Below are positions 43,880 to 57,532 of a stretch of 64,000 nt of DNA, piece after piece (positions within the stretch are counted from its first letter, which is position 1; each line of letters begins with the position of its first letter). A program made the position numbers and the translations under genes. Below the pieces are notes generated by a model, which was not told the DNA's origin, ran no database searches, and was given only the letters and a program-made list of their open reading frames with translations. The stretch comes from an uncultured delta proteobacterium (lineage in GTDB: Bacteria > Myxococcota_A > Polyangia > Fen-1088), in contig CAVYGB010000008.1 in NCBI GenBank assembly GCA_963767925.1, positions 2,368,001 through 2,432,000 of the forward strand, read 5' to 3'.

Positions 43880-45273
43880 AGGGCGGTCGTGGCCTGAACG
43901 GCGTGCTGGCCGCGCTGGTTCCGCTGCTGGCCTGTCAGGTGGACCAGGAGGCCTTCCACCGGCGGATCTTCAGTTGCAACCCGAACGCCGCCCACCCCGC
44001 CTGCGGCACCGATCGGGACGATCGCCCGATGGCCTGCGTGCCGGCCTACCAGCTCGGCGGTCGCAACTTCTGCGCTCCGGGCTGCACGGTGGACGGCGAG
44101 GCGGCCGCTGGCCCCGACGCCATCTGCCTGGCGGCCGGACCGCGCAGCGGCGGCCAGGCGCCCGGCGCGCGGCTGGCCCGCTGCGATCCGTCCCGCTCTC
44201 CCGGGACCTGCGACAGCGAGGAGCTGTCCTGCCTGCGCACCGATCTGCTGAAGCCCGACGAGGGGGTCTGCATGACCCTGAACACCTGCCAGGAGGACCG
44301 CGACTGCCGGGACCCGGTCCGCTCGAAGTGCATGGGCACGCTGCTGCGCGAGACCTACCCCAGGGCCGAGCTCAGCACCGACCAGACCTACTGCCTGCAG
44401 GCCGACTGCCGGGCCCACCGCACCGCCTGCTCGCCGGGCGAGACCTGCATGAGCGACGTCCTGCCGGCCAGCTCGCGGCCCCCGGACATCTGCGTGCCCA
44501 ACTGCGACGCCAACGGCAACTGCCCGCCGAACTACTTCTGTTACAACCGGGTCTACAGCAAGAAGCTGCCGCCCATCTGCATCCCGGGCCTGCTGGGGTT
44601 GCGCTGCGACTCGAACCTGGACTGCCTGTTCGGCGAGTGCGTGAAGGGGGACGCGCCCTTCAAGTCCTGCTCGGTGCGCTGCCAGAACGACGGCGACTGC
44701 GCCCGCTTCGACAGCGTCCACGCCACCCTGTTCTGCAACGAGGCGGGCTGGTGCGCGGGCGTGCGGGCCAGCCGTGGGACCCAGTGCGACGGCGACGCGG
44801 ATTGCCTCTACCCGGGCGAGATCTGCGCACGCCTCACGAATCTGCTGCCCCGGGGACAGTGCCTGCAGGCCTGCCCCTCGCGCCGCTGCCCCGCCTACGG
44901 CGGCGTGCCCCACGCCTGCCGCCCCCAGGTCGACGAGAGCGGCGCCGTGCAGGCCCAGACCCTGCCCTGGGTCTGCTGGCCGGGCTTCCTCGGCCAGCTC
45001 TGCTTCGAGTCCTCCGATTGCCTGCGGGGGCTTGGTTGCCACCCCCTGGGACCGGCCAGCCCCGGGGCCCGGATCTGCAGCTTGCCCTGCGGAGGCGACG
45101 GCGACTGCGCCGGCAGCCGGTTCAGCAAGGAGGGCTGGTGCGATCCGGCCGGGGCGATCTGCCGCGCCCCCCTGCTCGAGGGCGAGCCTTGCGAGCGCAA
45201 CACCCAGTGCGAGTCCCGCCTCTGTCAGGGACCGATGAGCGACAAGCGATGTGCACCGATCTCCGTCTACTGA
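43876..45273 (+). CDS. Cysteine-rich lipoprotein, 465 aa
   Basis: LVPLLAC lipobox-like; repeated CxxDxDC modules. Confidence 0.85.
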   Translation: MKGGRGLNGVLAALVPLLACQVDQEAFHRRIFSCNPNAAHPACGTDRDDRPMACVPAYQLGGRNFCAPGCTVDGEAAAGPDAICLAAGPRSGGQAPGARLARCDPSRSPGTCDSEELSCLRTDLLKPDEGVCMTLNTCQEDRDCRDPVRSKCMGTLLRETYPRAELSTDQTYCLQADCRAHRTACSPGETCMSDVLPASSRPPDICVPNCDANGNCPPNYFCYNRVYSKKLPPICIPGLLGLRCDSNLDCLFGECVKGDAPFKSCSVRCQNDGDCARFDSVHATLFCNEAGWCAGVRASRGTQCDGDADCLYPGEICARLTNLLPRGQCLQACPSRRCPAYGGVPHACRPQVDESGAVQAQTLPWVCWPGFLGQLCFESSDCLRGLGCHPLGPASPGARICSLPCGGDGDCAGSRFSKEGWCDPAGAICRAPLLEGEPCERNTQCESRLCQGPMSDKRCAPISVY

Positions 45274-46311
45274 GCGAGCGCCTCCCCGCGGGGCTCCCCG
45301 TCCGCCTTCCGCCGCGACCCGCACCGGCCGGCCGCTGGCCCCGGGCGCTCGCCAGCGCCAGCGCGCTGGCCGCCCTGGCCCTGGCCACCCTGCTCGCGCC
45401 GCCCGCGCGGGCCCAGGGGGCGGCCCAGAAGGTCGCGGTCCTGGTGCTGGGCGCCTCCGAGAGCGACGCCGAGCTGGCCGACAACGTCACCGAGATGGTG
45501 ATCGCGGCGGTGGCCCGGCGGGGCGGCGTCGAGGTGGCGGGCAAGGAGGAGTTCCGCGCGCGCCTGGGCGTCACCAGCGAGCGGCGCGCGCAAACCTGCC
45601 TCGAGGAGATCACCTGCGTGGGCCGCACCGCGGTCTCGCTCGGCGTGCGGCGGATCGTCACCGGCACCGTGGGACAGCGCGACCGGCAGTTCCTGTTCAG
45701 CCTGAACCTGCACGACGTCGAGGTGGGCAAGGTGGAGAACCGGGTCTTCCGCCTGATCGAGGGGACCCTCGACGACCTCATCCGCGCGGTCGAGGCCGGC
45801 TGTCAGGAGCTCTTCCGGCCGCGCAGTCGAGCCGGGGCGGATCCAGGTGGCCTCCATCCCGCCCGGCGCCCGGGTGGCCATCGACAACGCCTACCTGGGC
45901 GTCACCCCCCTCATCTCGGGGACCTTGTTGCCGGGGGCCCACCGCGTGCGGGTCGAGGCCGACGGCCGCTTCCCCTGGACCTCCCAGGTCGACGTGCGGG
46001 CGGGCCAGGACCTCGGCATCAACCTGACCGAGGCCAATCTGCCCCGCCGCCGGCGCTGGCCGGGCCACGCCGCCTACGGCAGCGCGGGGCTGGCGGCGGC
46101 GGCCGCGGCGGCCGGCGGGTTCCTCGGCGTCCTGTCGCAGGTCAACCCGTCCGGTGAGACGCGCGAGGCGGCGCAGCGCGATCTGTCGCAGAAACGGGAC
46201 CTGGCCGTCGCCTCGACAACCGCCTTCGTCAGCGCCGGCGCGCTCGGCCTCCTGAGCGGCGTCCTCTTTCTCGTTTACCAGGACGACATCTTCGGCCACC
46301 AGGATCCCTGA
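45249..46311 (+). CDS. PEGA-domain protein (frameshift near 45825)
   Basis: Signal peptide ending ARA; SIPPGARVAIDNAYLGVTPL; C-terminal hydrophobic helices. Confidence 0.8.
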
Positions 46312-46361
46312 CGGTTCGCCCGGGCCCGCCGCGCTGGCGGTGTTATGGTGCGCCCGCGTAC

Positions 46362-47579
46362 GTGAGCTGGTTGTCTGAATGCCGGGCGCTCGACCGGCGG
46401 GTCTGGGCGCTGGCCGCCGCCCGCCTCATCGTCACCGCCGGCTACTCGATGGTGATGCCCTTCCTGGCGATGCACCTGGCGGTCGATCGCCTGGTGCCCG
46501 TGACGATCGTTGGCGCGATCTGGCTGGTGGCGGGCGGCCTGGGCGCCCTGGCGCAATGGCTGGTGGGCGAGCTGGCCGATCGGGTGGGCCGGCGGTCGCT
46601 CATGCTCGGCGCGATGCTGGCCCGGGCGGCCAACCTGGCCGGCCTCGGCGCGGCCATCGCAGCCAGCGCCCCCTGGCCGGTGATCGCGGTGCTGACCGTG
46701 CTCAACGCCGTCTTGCGGGGCTTCTTCGAGCCGCTGGCCACCGCCCTCGTCGCCGACGTGGTTCCCCCCGAGCGCCGGGTGGCCGCCTACTCCTTGCAGC
46801 GGGTGGGGCTCAACGTGGGCTGGGCGGCGGGACCGGCGGTGGCCGCGCTGGCGGCGGGCGTGGGCTACGCCCACCTGTTCTACGCGGGCGCCCCCCTCAC
46901 CCTGCTGGCGGCAGCCGGCATCTGGCGCATCCGCGAGCCGGCCCGCACCCGCAGCCAGCGGGCCTTCACCGTCGCCGAGCTGCTCGCCTTCACCCGCGAC
47001 CGGACCCTGCTGCGCCTGCTTTTGTGCACGCTGGCGTTTTTCATCCTTCAGGTGCAGATGTTCCAGACGCTTTCGATCTACTCGGCGAAAGTGTTACACC
47101 TGAGCCGCGCCGAGGTCGGCAGCTTCTACACCCTGAACGGAATCCTGGTTGTTCTCCTCCAGCTACCCGCCGTCCATGCCATCGTCCGACTCGGGACCCG
47201 CCGGGCCCTCATCGTCGGCGCCCTCGTCTATTCGGGCAGCTACGCCGCCGTCGGGCTCGCCAGCGGGTACCTCGGTCTCCTGCTCTGCATCGCCGGCGTC
47301 ACGCTCGCCGAGATCGTCAGCTCGCCCGCGCAGCAGACGACCATCACCGCGCTCGCGCCGGCCGATCGGATCGGGGCCTACACCGGCCTGTTCGGTCTCT
47401 GTCAGGCGGTCGGACAGTCGTGTGGTCCCCTCATCGGCGCAGCGCTTCTGGACGTCCTTCCGTCGCGCAGCGCGTGGTTCGTGCTCGCAATGTTCGGAAT
47501 GGCGGCTGCCTTCGGTTACCGCCGCTTGCCGGGTGCCAGAGCCACGGACAAGCCGCTTCTCAACGCGCCCCAGCCGTGA
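46362..47579 (+). CDS. MFS transporter
   Basis: GELADRVGRR motif, about 12 TM segments. Confidence 0.9.
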   Translation: MSWLSECRALDRRVWALAAARLIVTAGYSMVMPFLAMHLAVDRLVPVTIVGAIWLVAGGLGALAQWLVGELADRVGRRSLMLGAMLARAANLAGLGAAIAASAPWPVIAVLTVLNAVLRGFFEPLATALVADVVPPERRVAAYSLQRVGLNVGWAAGPAVAALAAGVGYAHLFYAGAPLTLLAAAGIWRIREPARTRSQRAFTVAELLAFTRDRTLLRLLLCTLAFFILQVQMFQTLSIYSAKVLHLSRAEVGSFYTLNGILVVLLQLPAVHAIVRLGTRRALIVGALVYSGSYAAVGLASGYLGLLLCIAGVTLAEIVSSPAQQTTITALAPADRIGAYTGLFGLCQAVGQSCGPLIGAALLDVLPSRSAWFVLAMFGMAAAFGYRRLPGARATDKPLLNAPQP

Positions 47580-47639
47580 TGTATCATCGACCGTTCCGGC
47601 GCCTTCGAGGCTGTCGGATGCCACGCCATCGGAGAAGGA

Positions 47640-48630
47640 ATGAGCCGCATCGAACGGGAAGTCCTCCAGGTCCAAGAGAAAACCAAGCTGCTCGAGTATT
47701 ACCGGCAAATGCTGGCGATCCGCCGCGTCGAGGAGGCCTCTGCCAAGGCTTACTCCCAGGGCAAGATCGGCGGCTTTCTGCACCTCTACATCGGGCAGGA
47801 GGCGGTCGCGGTCGGCGCGGTCGCGGCCCTGAAACCCGAGGACTACGTCATGACCTCCTACCGCGATCATGGCCACGCCTACGCCAAGGGCATGTCGGCC
47901 CGGACGATCATCGCCGAGCTGTTCGGCAAGGAGACCGGCTGCTCGAAGGGCCTTGGCGGCTCGATGCACTTCTTCGACGCCAAGAACAACTTCCTCGGCG
48001 GCTACGGCATCGTCGGCGGCCACCTGCCCGCTGGCCGCCGGGGTGGCCTTCGCCTCGAAGTACCGCGGCGACGGGCGGGTCACGCCTCTGCTTCTTCGGC
48101 GACGGCGCCGTGAGCCAGGGCGCCACCCACGAGGCGCTGCTCGCTGGCCGCCCTGTGGAAGCTGCCGGTCGTCTTCATCTGCGAGAACAACCTCTATTCG
48201 ATGGGCACCCCGCTGCACCGGTCGCTCTCGGTCGAGGACGTCTCGCAGAAGGCGCTGGCCTACGGCATGGCCCGCGACCGGTTCGACGGCAACGACGTCA
48301 TCAAGGTGCGCGATCGCATCGCCGATGCGGTCCGCCGCGCCCGCTACGAATCGCAGCCGACCCTCATCGAGATCCGCTGCTACCGCTACCGCGGCCACTC
48401 CATGTCCGACCCTGGTCTGTACCGGACCAAGGAAGAGGTCGAGGAGTACAAGAAGCAGCGACTGCCTCTACATCGCCCAGCAGTACCTGGAGAAGCTGGG
48501 GTCCGACCACAAGGAGCTCGAGGCCATCGAGGAGAGCGTCAAGGCCGAGGTCGAAGACGCCGTGAAGTTCGCCGAGGAGAGCCCGGTGCTCCCCGCCGAC
48601 CGCCTCGAAGAGTTCAACTACGTCGAGCAG
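47640..48630 (+). CDS. pdhA: Pyruvate dehydrogenase E1 alpha (frameshifts; stop codon not resolved)
   Basis: [41 protein letters not shown]. Confidence 0.92.
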
Positions 48631-48677
48631 TTCGCCTACGCTCGCAGAACCGGGACCTTCAGAGGAGCAGTCCGTAC

Positions 48678-49661
48678 ATGCCCGTCGTGCAGATATCGCG
48701 AAGCGCTCAACCAGGCCATGTCCGAGGAGATGGAGCGCGACGAGAACGTCTTTCTCATGGGCGAGGAGGTCGGCCACTACAACGGCGCCTACAAGGTGTC
48801 GCAGGGGATGCTCAAGCGCTTCGGGGAGAAGCGGGTCATCGACACGCCCATCACCGAGAACGGCTTCGCCGGGCTCGGCATCGGCGCCGCCATGGTGGGG
48901 CTGCGCCCGATCATCGAGTTCATGACCTGGAACTTCTCGCTGGTGGCGGCCGATCAGCTCATCAACAACGCCGCCAAGATCCGCCAGATGTCGGGCGGGC
49001 AGTTCAAGGTGCCGATCGTCTTCCGGGGCCCCGGCGGCGCCGCCCACCAGCTCGGCGCCCAGCACAGCCAGGCGCTCGAGTCGCATCTGGACGCCACATC
49101 CCCGGGCTCAAGGTGGTCACGCCGTCCGACCCCAACGACGCCAAGGGTCTGCTGAAGAGCGCCATCCGCGACGACAACCCCATCGTGTTCATCGAGGGCG
49201 AGGTCATCTACGGCGACCAGGGCGAGGTGCCCGAGGGCGAGTACACGATCCCGATCGGGGTGGGCGAGATCAAGCGCGAGGGCACCGACTGCACCATCAT
49301 CGGCTGGTCCAAGATGGTCAAGGTGGCCCTGAAGGCGGCCGAGGCGCTGGCCGCCGAGGGGATCGAGGCCGAGGTGCTCGACCCCCGCACCCTGCGCCCG
49401 CTCGACGAGGAGCTGATCGTCCAGTCGGTCAAGAAGACCGGCCGGGTCATCATCCTCGAGGAGGCTGGCCCTTCAACGGCGTGGGCGCCGAGATCGCCTA
49501 CCGGATCTCAGCGCCGCTGCTTCGACGATCTCGACCACCCGGTCGAGCGGCTCACCAGCCTGGACGTCCCCGCGCCCTACAACCGCCAGGTCGAGGCCTC
49601 GATCCGCCCCGATCCCGAGAAGGCCGCCAAGCTCGTCAAGAAGGTCCTCTACCTCGAGTAG
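48678..49661 (+). CDS. pdhB: Pyruvate dehydrogenase E1 beta (frameshifts)
   Basis: [44 protein letters not shown]. Confidence 0.92.
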   Translation: MPVVQISRSAQPGHVRGDGARRERLSHGRGGRPLQRRLQGVAGDAQALRGEAGHRHAHHRERLRRARHRRRHGGAAPDHRVHDLELLAGGGRSAHQQRRQDPPDVGRAVQGADRLPGPRRRRPPARRPAQPGARVASGRHIPGLKVVTPSDPNDAKGLLKSAIRDDNPIVFIEGEVIYGDQGEVPEGEYTIPIGVGEIKREGTDCTIIGWSKMVKVALKAAEALAAEGIEAEVLDPRTLRPLDEELIVQSVKKTGRVIILEEAGPSTAWAPRSPTGSQRRCFDDLDHPVERLTSLDVPAPYNRQVEASIRPDPEKAAKLVKKVLYLE

Positions 49662-49751
49662 CTCGGCTGCCCCGCCCGGCCGGCGCCCCTGGCGCCGGCA
49701 ACGGACCGGTACGCGCCGGCGACACCCCGTCAGACCAGCAAGGAATCCCGA

Positions 49752-51196
49752 ATGGCTCAGCTCCTGGAAATGCCGAAGCTCTCCGACACCATGAAGGAGG
49801 GCGTCCTCCGCAAGTGGCAGAAGAAGGAGGGCGACAAGATCGCCCCCGGTGAACTCGTGCGCCGAGGTCGAGACCGACAAGGCCACCATGGACTTCGAGT
49901 CGTTCGACGAGGGGGTGCTGCTCAAGCTGCTGGTGGCCGACGGCGCCACCGTGCCGGTGGGAGCGCCCATCGCGATCATCGGCAAGGCCGGCGAGGACAT
50001 CACCGCCGCCCTGGCCGAGGCGCGAGACGCAAGAAGGGCGCGGCTGTCGCTGCCGCCGGCGGCCAAGCCGGCCCCCGCGCCCGCCCCCGCCCGCCCAGGC
50101 GCCCGCGCCAGAGCGCACCCGCGCCGGCGCCGGCACCCCGGCGCCGGCCCCCGCCGCCGAAGGCGGCGCCAGCCCCGGCGCCCCAGGCCCGACCGGCCGC
50201 CCGCCCCGACCGCGGTGGCGCAACGGCGCCAGCGGCAAGGTCCTCGCCTCGCCGCTCGCCCGCCGCCTGGCCACCGATCTCGGGGTCGACCTGCGCAGCG
50301 TGCACGGGCACCGGTCCCGGCGGCCGCATCGTCGAGCGCGACGTGAAGGCGGCGGCGGAGCGTCCCGCCCCCTCCGCGGGCGGCGCCCAGCGAGCGCCCA
50401 CCGACATCGGCAGCGCGCTGGCCGCGCAGACCCCCAGCGCCGACGGCGGCCTGCCCCACCCGCTGATCCCCGAGCGCCGGACCGAGACCCGTCCCGCCAG
50501 CGCCCCGGCCAGCAAGGAGGACCAGCTCCTCCCGCTGTCCCTGATGCGCAAGACCATCGCCCGCCGGCTGGTCGAGTCCAAGAGCCACGATCCCGCACTT
50601 CTACCTGACGGCCGACGTCGACATGGAGAGCGCCATGGCCTTCCGCGAGCAGGTCAAGGAGGTCCACGGGGCCAAGCTGTCGGTCAACGATCTGGTCATC
50701 AAGGCGGCGGCCCTGGCGCTGCGCCGGGTGCCCGAGGCCAACGCCTCGTTCAGCGACGAGGGGATCATCCGCCACGGCCGGGTCGACATCGGCATGGCGG
50801 TGGCCATCGACGACGGCCTGGTCACCCCGGTCATCCGCAACGCCGACGTCAAGACGCTGGGCCAGATCGCCACCGACGCCCAGGAGCTGGCCCTGCGCGC
50901 CCGCGACCGCAAGCTCAAGGTCGAGGAGATGACCGGCTCGACCTTCAGCGTGTCGAACCTGGGCATGATGGGCATCAAGGACTTCTCGGCCATCATCAAC
51001 CCGCCCGAGGCGCGCCATCCTCGCGGTCGGTGCGGTTCGCCGCGAGCCGGTGGTCAAGAACGACCAGATCGTGATCGGCCAGCGCATGTCGCTGACCCTC
51101 TCCTGCGATCACCGGGTGATCGACGGCGCCCTGGGGGCCCGTCTGGTTGCCGCCATCGTCGCCATCCTCGAGCGGCCCATCACCCTGGCCTTCTGA
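49752..51196 (+). CDS. pdhC: Dihydrolipoamide acetyltransferase E2 (frameshifts)
   Basis: [18 protein letters not shown] lipoyl site, [24 protein letters not shown]. Confidence 0.92.
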
Positions 51197-51197
51197 C

Positions 51198-52605
<1,408 letters not shown>

Positions 52606-52614
52606 GGGCGGCCG

Positions 52615-53386
<772 letters not shown>

Positions 53387-53434
53387 CGTCGCCGCCTCTC
53401 AGAACCAGCAACCGGGCCCCCCCAGGGGAGAACG

Positions 53435-53764
53435 ATGAAGCGGATTGGCGTCACCATCGGCCTGCGCAAGGAGGCCCTGGACGAATACAAGCGGATCCAC
53501 GTCAAGCTGTGGCCGGAGATCGAGCGCGCGATCAAGGAGGCGGGGATCGCCAACTATTCGATCTTCTACAACGACGGGCAGCTCTTCGGTTACTTCGAGC
53601 ACCCGGGCCCGGACGCCGAATTCGCCGCGGCGATGAAGCGCCTGGGCGAGGCCCCCCGCATGCGGCAGTGGTGGGACGTGACCGAACCGCTGCAGGTCCC
53701 CCGGGCCGACCGCAGGCCCGGTGACTGGTGGACCGCCATGGAAGAGGTCTTCCACCTCGACTGA
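53435..53764 (+). CDS. L-rhamnose/L-fucose mutarotase family protein
   Basis: EYKRIH..WPE, GIANYSIF, WW, MEEVFHLD. Confidence 0.9.
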   Translation: MKRIGVTIGLRKEALDEYKRIHVKLWPEIERAIKEAGIANYSIFYNDGQLFGYFEHPGPDAEFAAAMKRLGEAPRMRQWWDVTEPLQVPRADRRPGDWWTAMEEVFHLD

Positions 53765-53773
53765 GACGACCAC

Positions 53774-54382
53774 ATGGCGCCCACCCGGAACAAGATCGCC
53801 CTGTTCGCCGCCGCCCTGGCCGTCGTCGGCGGGGTGATCGTGCTCGTCACCCGGGGCGGCGGAGACGGAGCGACGAGCGGGCCCTCCACCCCGGCGCCGG
53901 CCGCCGCCACGACAGCCGACGCCGCCCGGGTCGTCTACGACCCCACCAAGCTGGTGGAGAACGGCGTGCCGGCGGGCGAGGTCTTCCTGAAAGAGCCGCG
54001 CAATCCGGCCTGGGCCGACCTGGTCGAGGCGGCGATCGGCGACAAGATGCGCGGCGACCTCGCCCGGCTGGTGCCGGAGGCCTCCCTGCAGATCAACTGC
54101 AAGACGCTGAGCTGCCTGATCGGGGTCGACGCGCCCGAGGCCAAGCGGCCACTCGCCCTCGCTGTCCTGAAGATCATCATGCTCGGTCCCATCCTCGTCG
54201 ACTTCGACCCCGAGGAGGACGGGACGCACCGCTTCGCCTTCCTCACCGAGCCCCGGATGGCCGACCCTCAGGTTTTCGTCGAGTGGTATCAGCGCACCCG
54301 CAAGCGGGCCTTCGAGAACATCAAGTCCGGTACCCGCGAGAACCCCCTCCCCGTCGCCGCCGACCAGCTTCCCGACGAATAG
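53774..54382 (+). CDS. Membrane-anchored hypothetical protein
   Basis: N-terminal TM; EPRNPAWA and CKTLSC motifs. Confidence 0.75.
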   Translation: MAPTRNKIALFAAALAVVGGVIVLVTRGGGDGATSGPSTPAPAAATTADAARVVYDPTKLVENGVPAGEVFLKEPRNPAWADLVEAAIGDKMRGDLARLVPEASLQINCKTLSCLIGVDAPEAKRPLALAVLKIIMLGPILVDFDPEEDGTHRFAFLTEPRMADPQVFVEWYQRTRKRAFENIKSGTRENPLPVAADQLPDE

Positions 54383-54541
54383 CTCGGCGCGCGAGCGCGC
54401 GGGCGGGAAATCGCCGGGTAATCGGAGACCTGGGGCGAGCCCTGCCATGGATGTCTCGATCCGGTCGGGCCGAAGGCAGGGACCAGGCCCAGGCGGCCGG
54501 ACTCCGAGCGTGGCGCGCCTCTTGCTGACGAGAAGGTCCGC

Positions 54542-56784
54542 ATGAAAACCGCGCTGCGGGCCCTCGCGCCCTCCCTGGTTCTCGTCAGCCTATCGGCCTG
54601 CACCGGCGCCTTCACGCCGCCGCCTCGCCAGCCCGAGCCGCCCGGTACCCCCGTCGCCGTGCGTCTGAACGCCGAGCAGCAGGCCGAGGTCGACCGACTC
54701 TCGGCGCTGACCGCCGAGACGCGCGCGCTCACCACCGAGCAGCTCCTGACCAGCCGGGCGGTGCCGTTTCGCGCCAGCCTGGGCTACGACCCGCTCTCCG
54801 CCGTGAACTTCGGCCTCATCCAGAGCTCGGCCCTGGCGCTGGTGGGCAACGAGCTCGAGCTGCTGGCAAAGAACGGCTTCGTCGTCTCGGACAAGCGGCG
54901 TTACCCCCACTTCGCCTACGGCTACAAGGCGATCTATTCGCAGGATCTGCCGGTTTTCATCTCGGCCGACTCCATCCTCCAGGCCGTGCACCAGTCCTAC
55001 GACGCCATCCTCGAGGCCCTGGAGCTCGCGGCGCTCGCGCCGGATCTACCCGCCTGCTGGTGTCGATGCGCGAGCGCCTGGCCGTGGCCCGCTTCGACGC
55101 CACCACCCGGCGGGACGCCGACCTGTTCCTGACCCTGGCCCTGTCGCTGCTGCAGGGGAGCGTCCAGGCCCCGGTGGCCGGGGCGAACGCCGCCGAGGTG
55201 GACAAGCTCTACCGGCTGGCCACCGCCGCCAGCGGGAGCGCGACGCTGGACCTGTTTGGTCTGGCGGGACGGGAGATCGACTTCTCGCAGTTCAAGCCGC
55301 GCGGCCACTACGCCGGCAACCCCCTCCTCGAGCCGTACTTCCGGGCCATGATGTGGCTCGGCCGCATCGACTTTCCTTTCCTCCACACCAAAGCCGTCAC
55401 CGGCCAGCCGGAGCTGGTACGCCGCTCGGTGCAAGCGGCGCTGGCCCTGCGCAGCCTGATGGACGCCGATGCCCGGTCGCGCTGGCAGCGGCTCGATGCC
55501 ACCGTGCGAGCCTTCGTGGGGGAGCCCGACTCGATGGCCCCGCCCGACGTCGATCGCCTGAAGAGCGATCTCGCTCTGGCGGGCGACGACCTGGGCGCCC
55601 TCTCCGACGACGCGGTGGCGGCGGCCATCGTGGCGGGGGCCTACGGGCGGCAGCGGATCCTCAGCCAGATCGTCCTGCAAGCTCCCCACGAGGGGACCTG
55701 GCCGCTCGATGCCACCTTCCTGTTCTTCGGGCAGCGCTACGTGTTCGATTCGCACGTGTTCTCGAACGTCGTCTACGATCGGGTCAACGTCGCCGCGGCC
55801 GGCGTGCCCAGGCGCATGATGGCCAACCCCCTGGACGCCGCCTACGGCGCGCTCGGGAACGACCAGGCCGCCGCGCTCCTGCGCGACGAGCTGACCCGCT
55901 ACCGCTATGCCCCCCAGCTCGAGGCGATCCGCCGCCTGGGCGACGCGCACGGGGCCACCTTCTGGGACGCCAACCTGTACAACGTCTGGATGGGCGCCCT
56001 CCGGACGCTCTCGCCCGGCCCCGAGGTGGGCCAGGACAGCTCGGGGCTGCCCGCGGTGGCCCAGACCGAGGCCTGGGGGCGACGCCTGCTCAACACCCAG
56101 CTCGCCTCCTGGGCGCAGCTCCGGCGCGACACAATCCTGTACGCCAAGCAGTCGTACACGGTCGGGGTGGCCTGCGAGTTCCCCGACGCCTACGTCGATC
56201 CCTACCCGGCCTTCTTCGCCCAGATCGAGAAGTTCGCGCGGACCGGCGGCGCCGTCGCCACCGCCCTGCCCGGGGCGGTCGAGGCGACCCTGAAGGGCCG
56301 CGTCTTGACCTACTTCGAAAAGCTGCGGGAGGTGGCGGGCATCCTGCGCGAGATGGCCGAGCACCAGCGCACGGGCCTGCCCCACAAACCCGAGCACATC
56401 GCCTTCGTGAACCAGGCCGTCGACCTGAACCTGGGCTGCGGCGGCCCGGCGGGGATCCGCGGCTGGTACGCCGACCTGTTCTTCCAGTCCGGGGACGCGG
56501 CCAGCTTCGACCCGACCATCGCCGACGTGCACACCCAGCCCACCGACGAGCTGGGCACCCCGGTGGGCCGCGTGCTGCACGTGGGGACCGGTTACGCCCG
56601 GCAGATGGTTGTCACGGTGCCGACCTGCATGGGACCACGGGCCTACACCGGGCTGGTCTCGTCGTACCACGAGGTCGTCACCGACAACCTCGAGCGGCTC
56701 GACGACCAGGCCTGGGCCACGCGCTTCCGCGACGCCGCCATCCCCGACGACGTCCCCTGGATGCGCGACCTCATCGCCCGATAG
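54542..56784 (+). CDS. DUF3160-like lipoprotein (frameshift near 55050)
   Basis: LSAC lipobox; DLPVFISADSILQAVH, DFSQFKPRGHY, YFRAMMWLGR, LASWAQLRRDTILYAKQSY, IADVHT. Confidence 0.85.
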
Positions 56785-56818
56785 CCCCTCGGCCCGGGGA
56801 GGTGCTAGAAACCGGCGG

Positions 56819-57499
56819 GTGGGAAAGCCTCCCGAACGGCCCGAGCCCCTGCTGGTCGCGCTGCACCGGGAGCGGCAGTTGACGCGCGACCACCTGGGCG
56901 ACGGTTACGCCAAGGGGTACCTGGAGGGGCCCGAGCTGGAGCGGCGGCTGGAGCTGGCCGAGCGGGCCACCTCCCTCGAGGAGCTGCGGACCTTGACCGC
57001 CGACCTTGTGGCGCATCCCCCCGCCCGGCCAGCGTCGGAGTCGCTCCCCACCCGGGAGCTGGCCACCGTCCCCGAGGAGGTGAAGGTGTCGGCGGTCTTC
57101 TCGGAGCTGCACAAGGCGGGGCCCTGGCGGCTGGGGCGCAAGACCCTGGTGCGCTCGCTGTTCGCCAGCACCAAGCTCGACCTGCGGGAGGTGCGCCTGC
57201 CCCCGGGCCTGACCGAGCTGCGGGTCAGCGTGACCTTCGCCGAGCTCGAGCTGGTGGTGCCGCCGGGCGTGGTGGTGGAGCTCGCCTGCCGGGCCACCTT
57301 CGCCGAGGTGGTCCAGGAGGGGGGCGACTTCGCGATCGACCCGGAGGCGCCCCGGCTGCTCATCACCGGGCGGATCCTGTTCGGCGCGATGTACGTCCGC
57401 GAGCGCATCGCCGGGGAGAGCCCCGCCGCCGCCCGCAAGCGCCTGCAGGGCTCCGCCGCGGCCCGGGCCCAGGCCCGCCTGCTCCCCCCCGGCCGCTAG
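56819..57499 (+). CDS. DUF1707 (SHOCT-like) protein with LiaF-C-like beta domain
   Basis: YAKGYLEGPELERRLELA..ELRTLTADL; KLDLREVRL, ELVVPPGV. Confidence 0.8.
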   Translation: MGKPPERPEPLLVALHRERQLTRDHLGDGYAKGYLEGPELERRLELAERATSLEELRTLTADLVAHPPARPASESLPTRELATVPEEVKVSAVFSELHKAGPWRLGRKTLVRSLFASTKLDLREVRLPPGLTELRVSVTFAELELVVPPGVVVELACRATFAEVVQEGGDFAIDPEAPRLLITGRILFGAMYVRERIAGESPAAARKRLQGSAAARAQARLLPPGR

Positions 57500-57532
57500 A
57501 GAGGCACCGAGCGCCAGCAGGCGCCCGGCCGT

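Noticed and set aside
42127..45273. 1048-aa kinase/Cys-rich fusion ORF
   Set aside because: Produced by the frameshift near 42790; the kinase ends at 43879 and the lipoprotein starts at 43876
47869..49155. Apparent PdhA-PdhB fusion
   Set aside because: pdhB has its own RBS and ATG at 48678; the read-through is best explained by sequence errors
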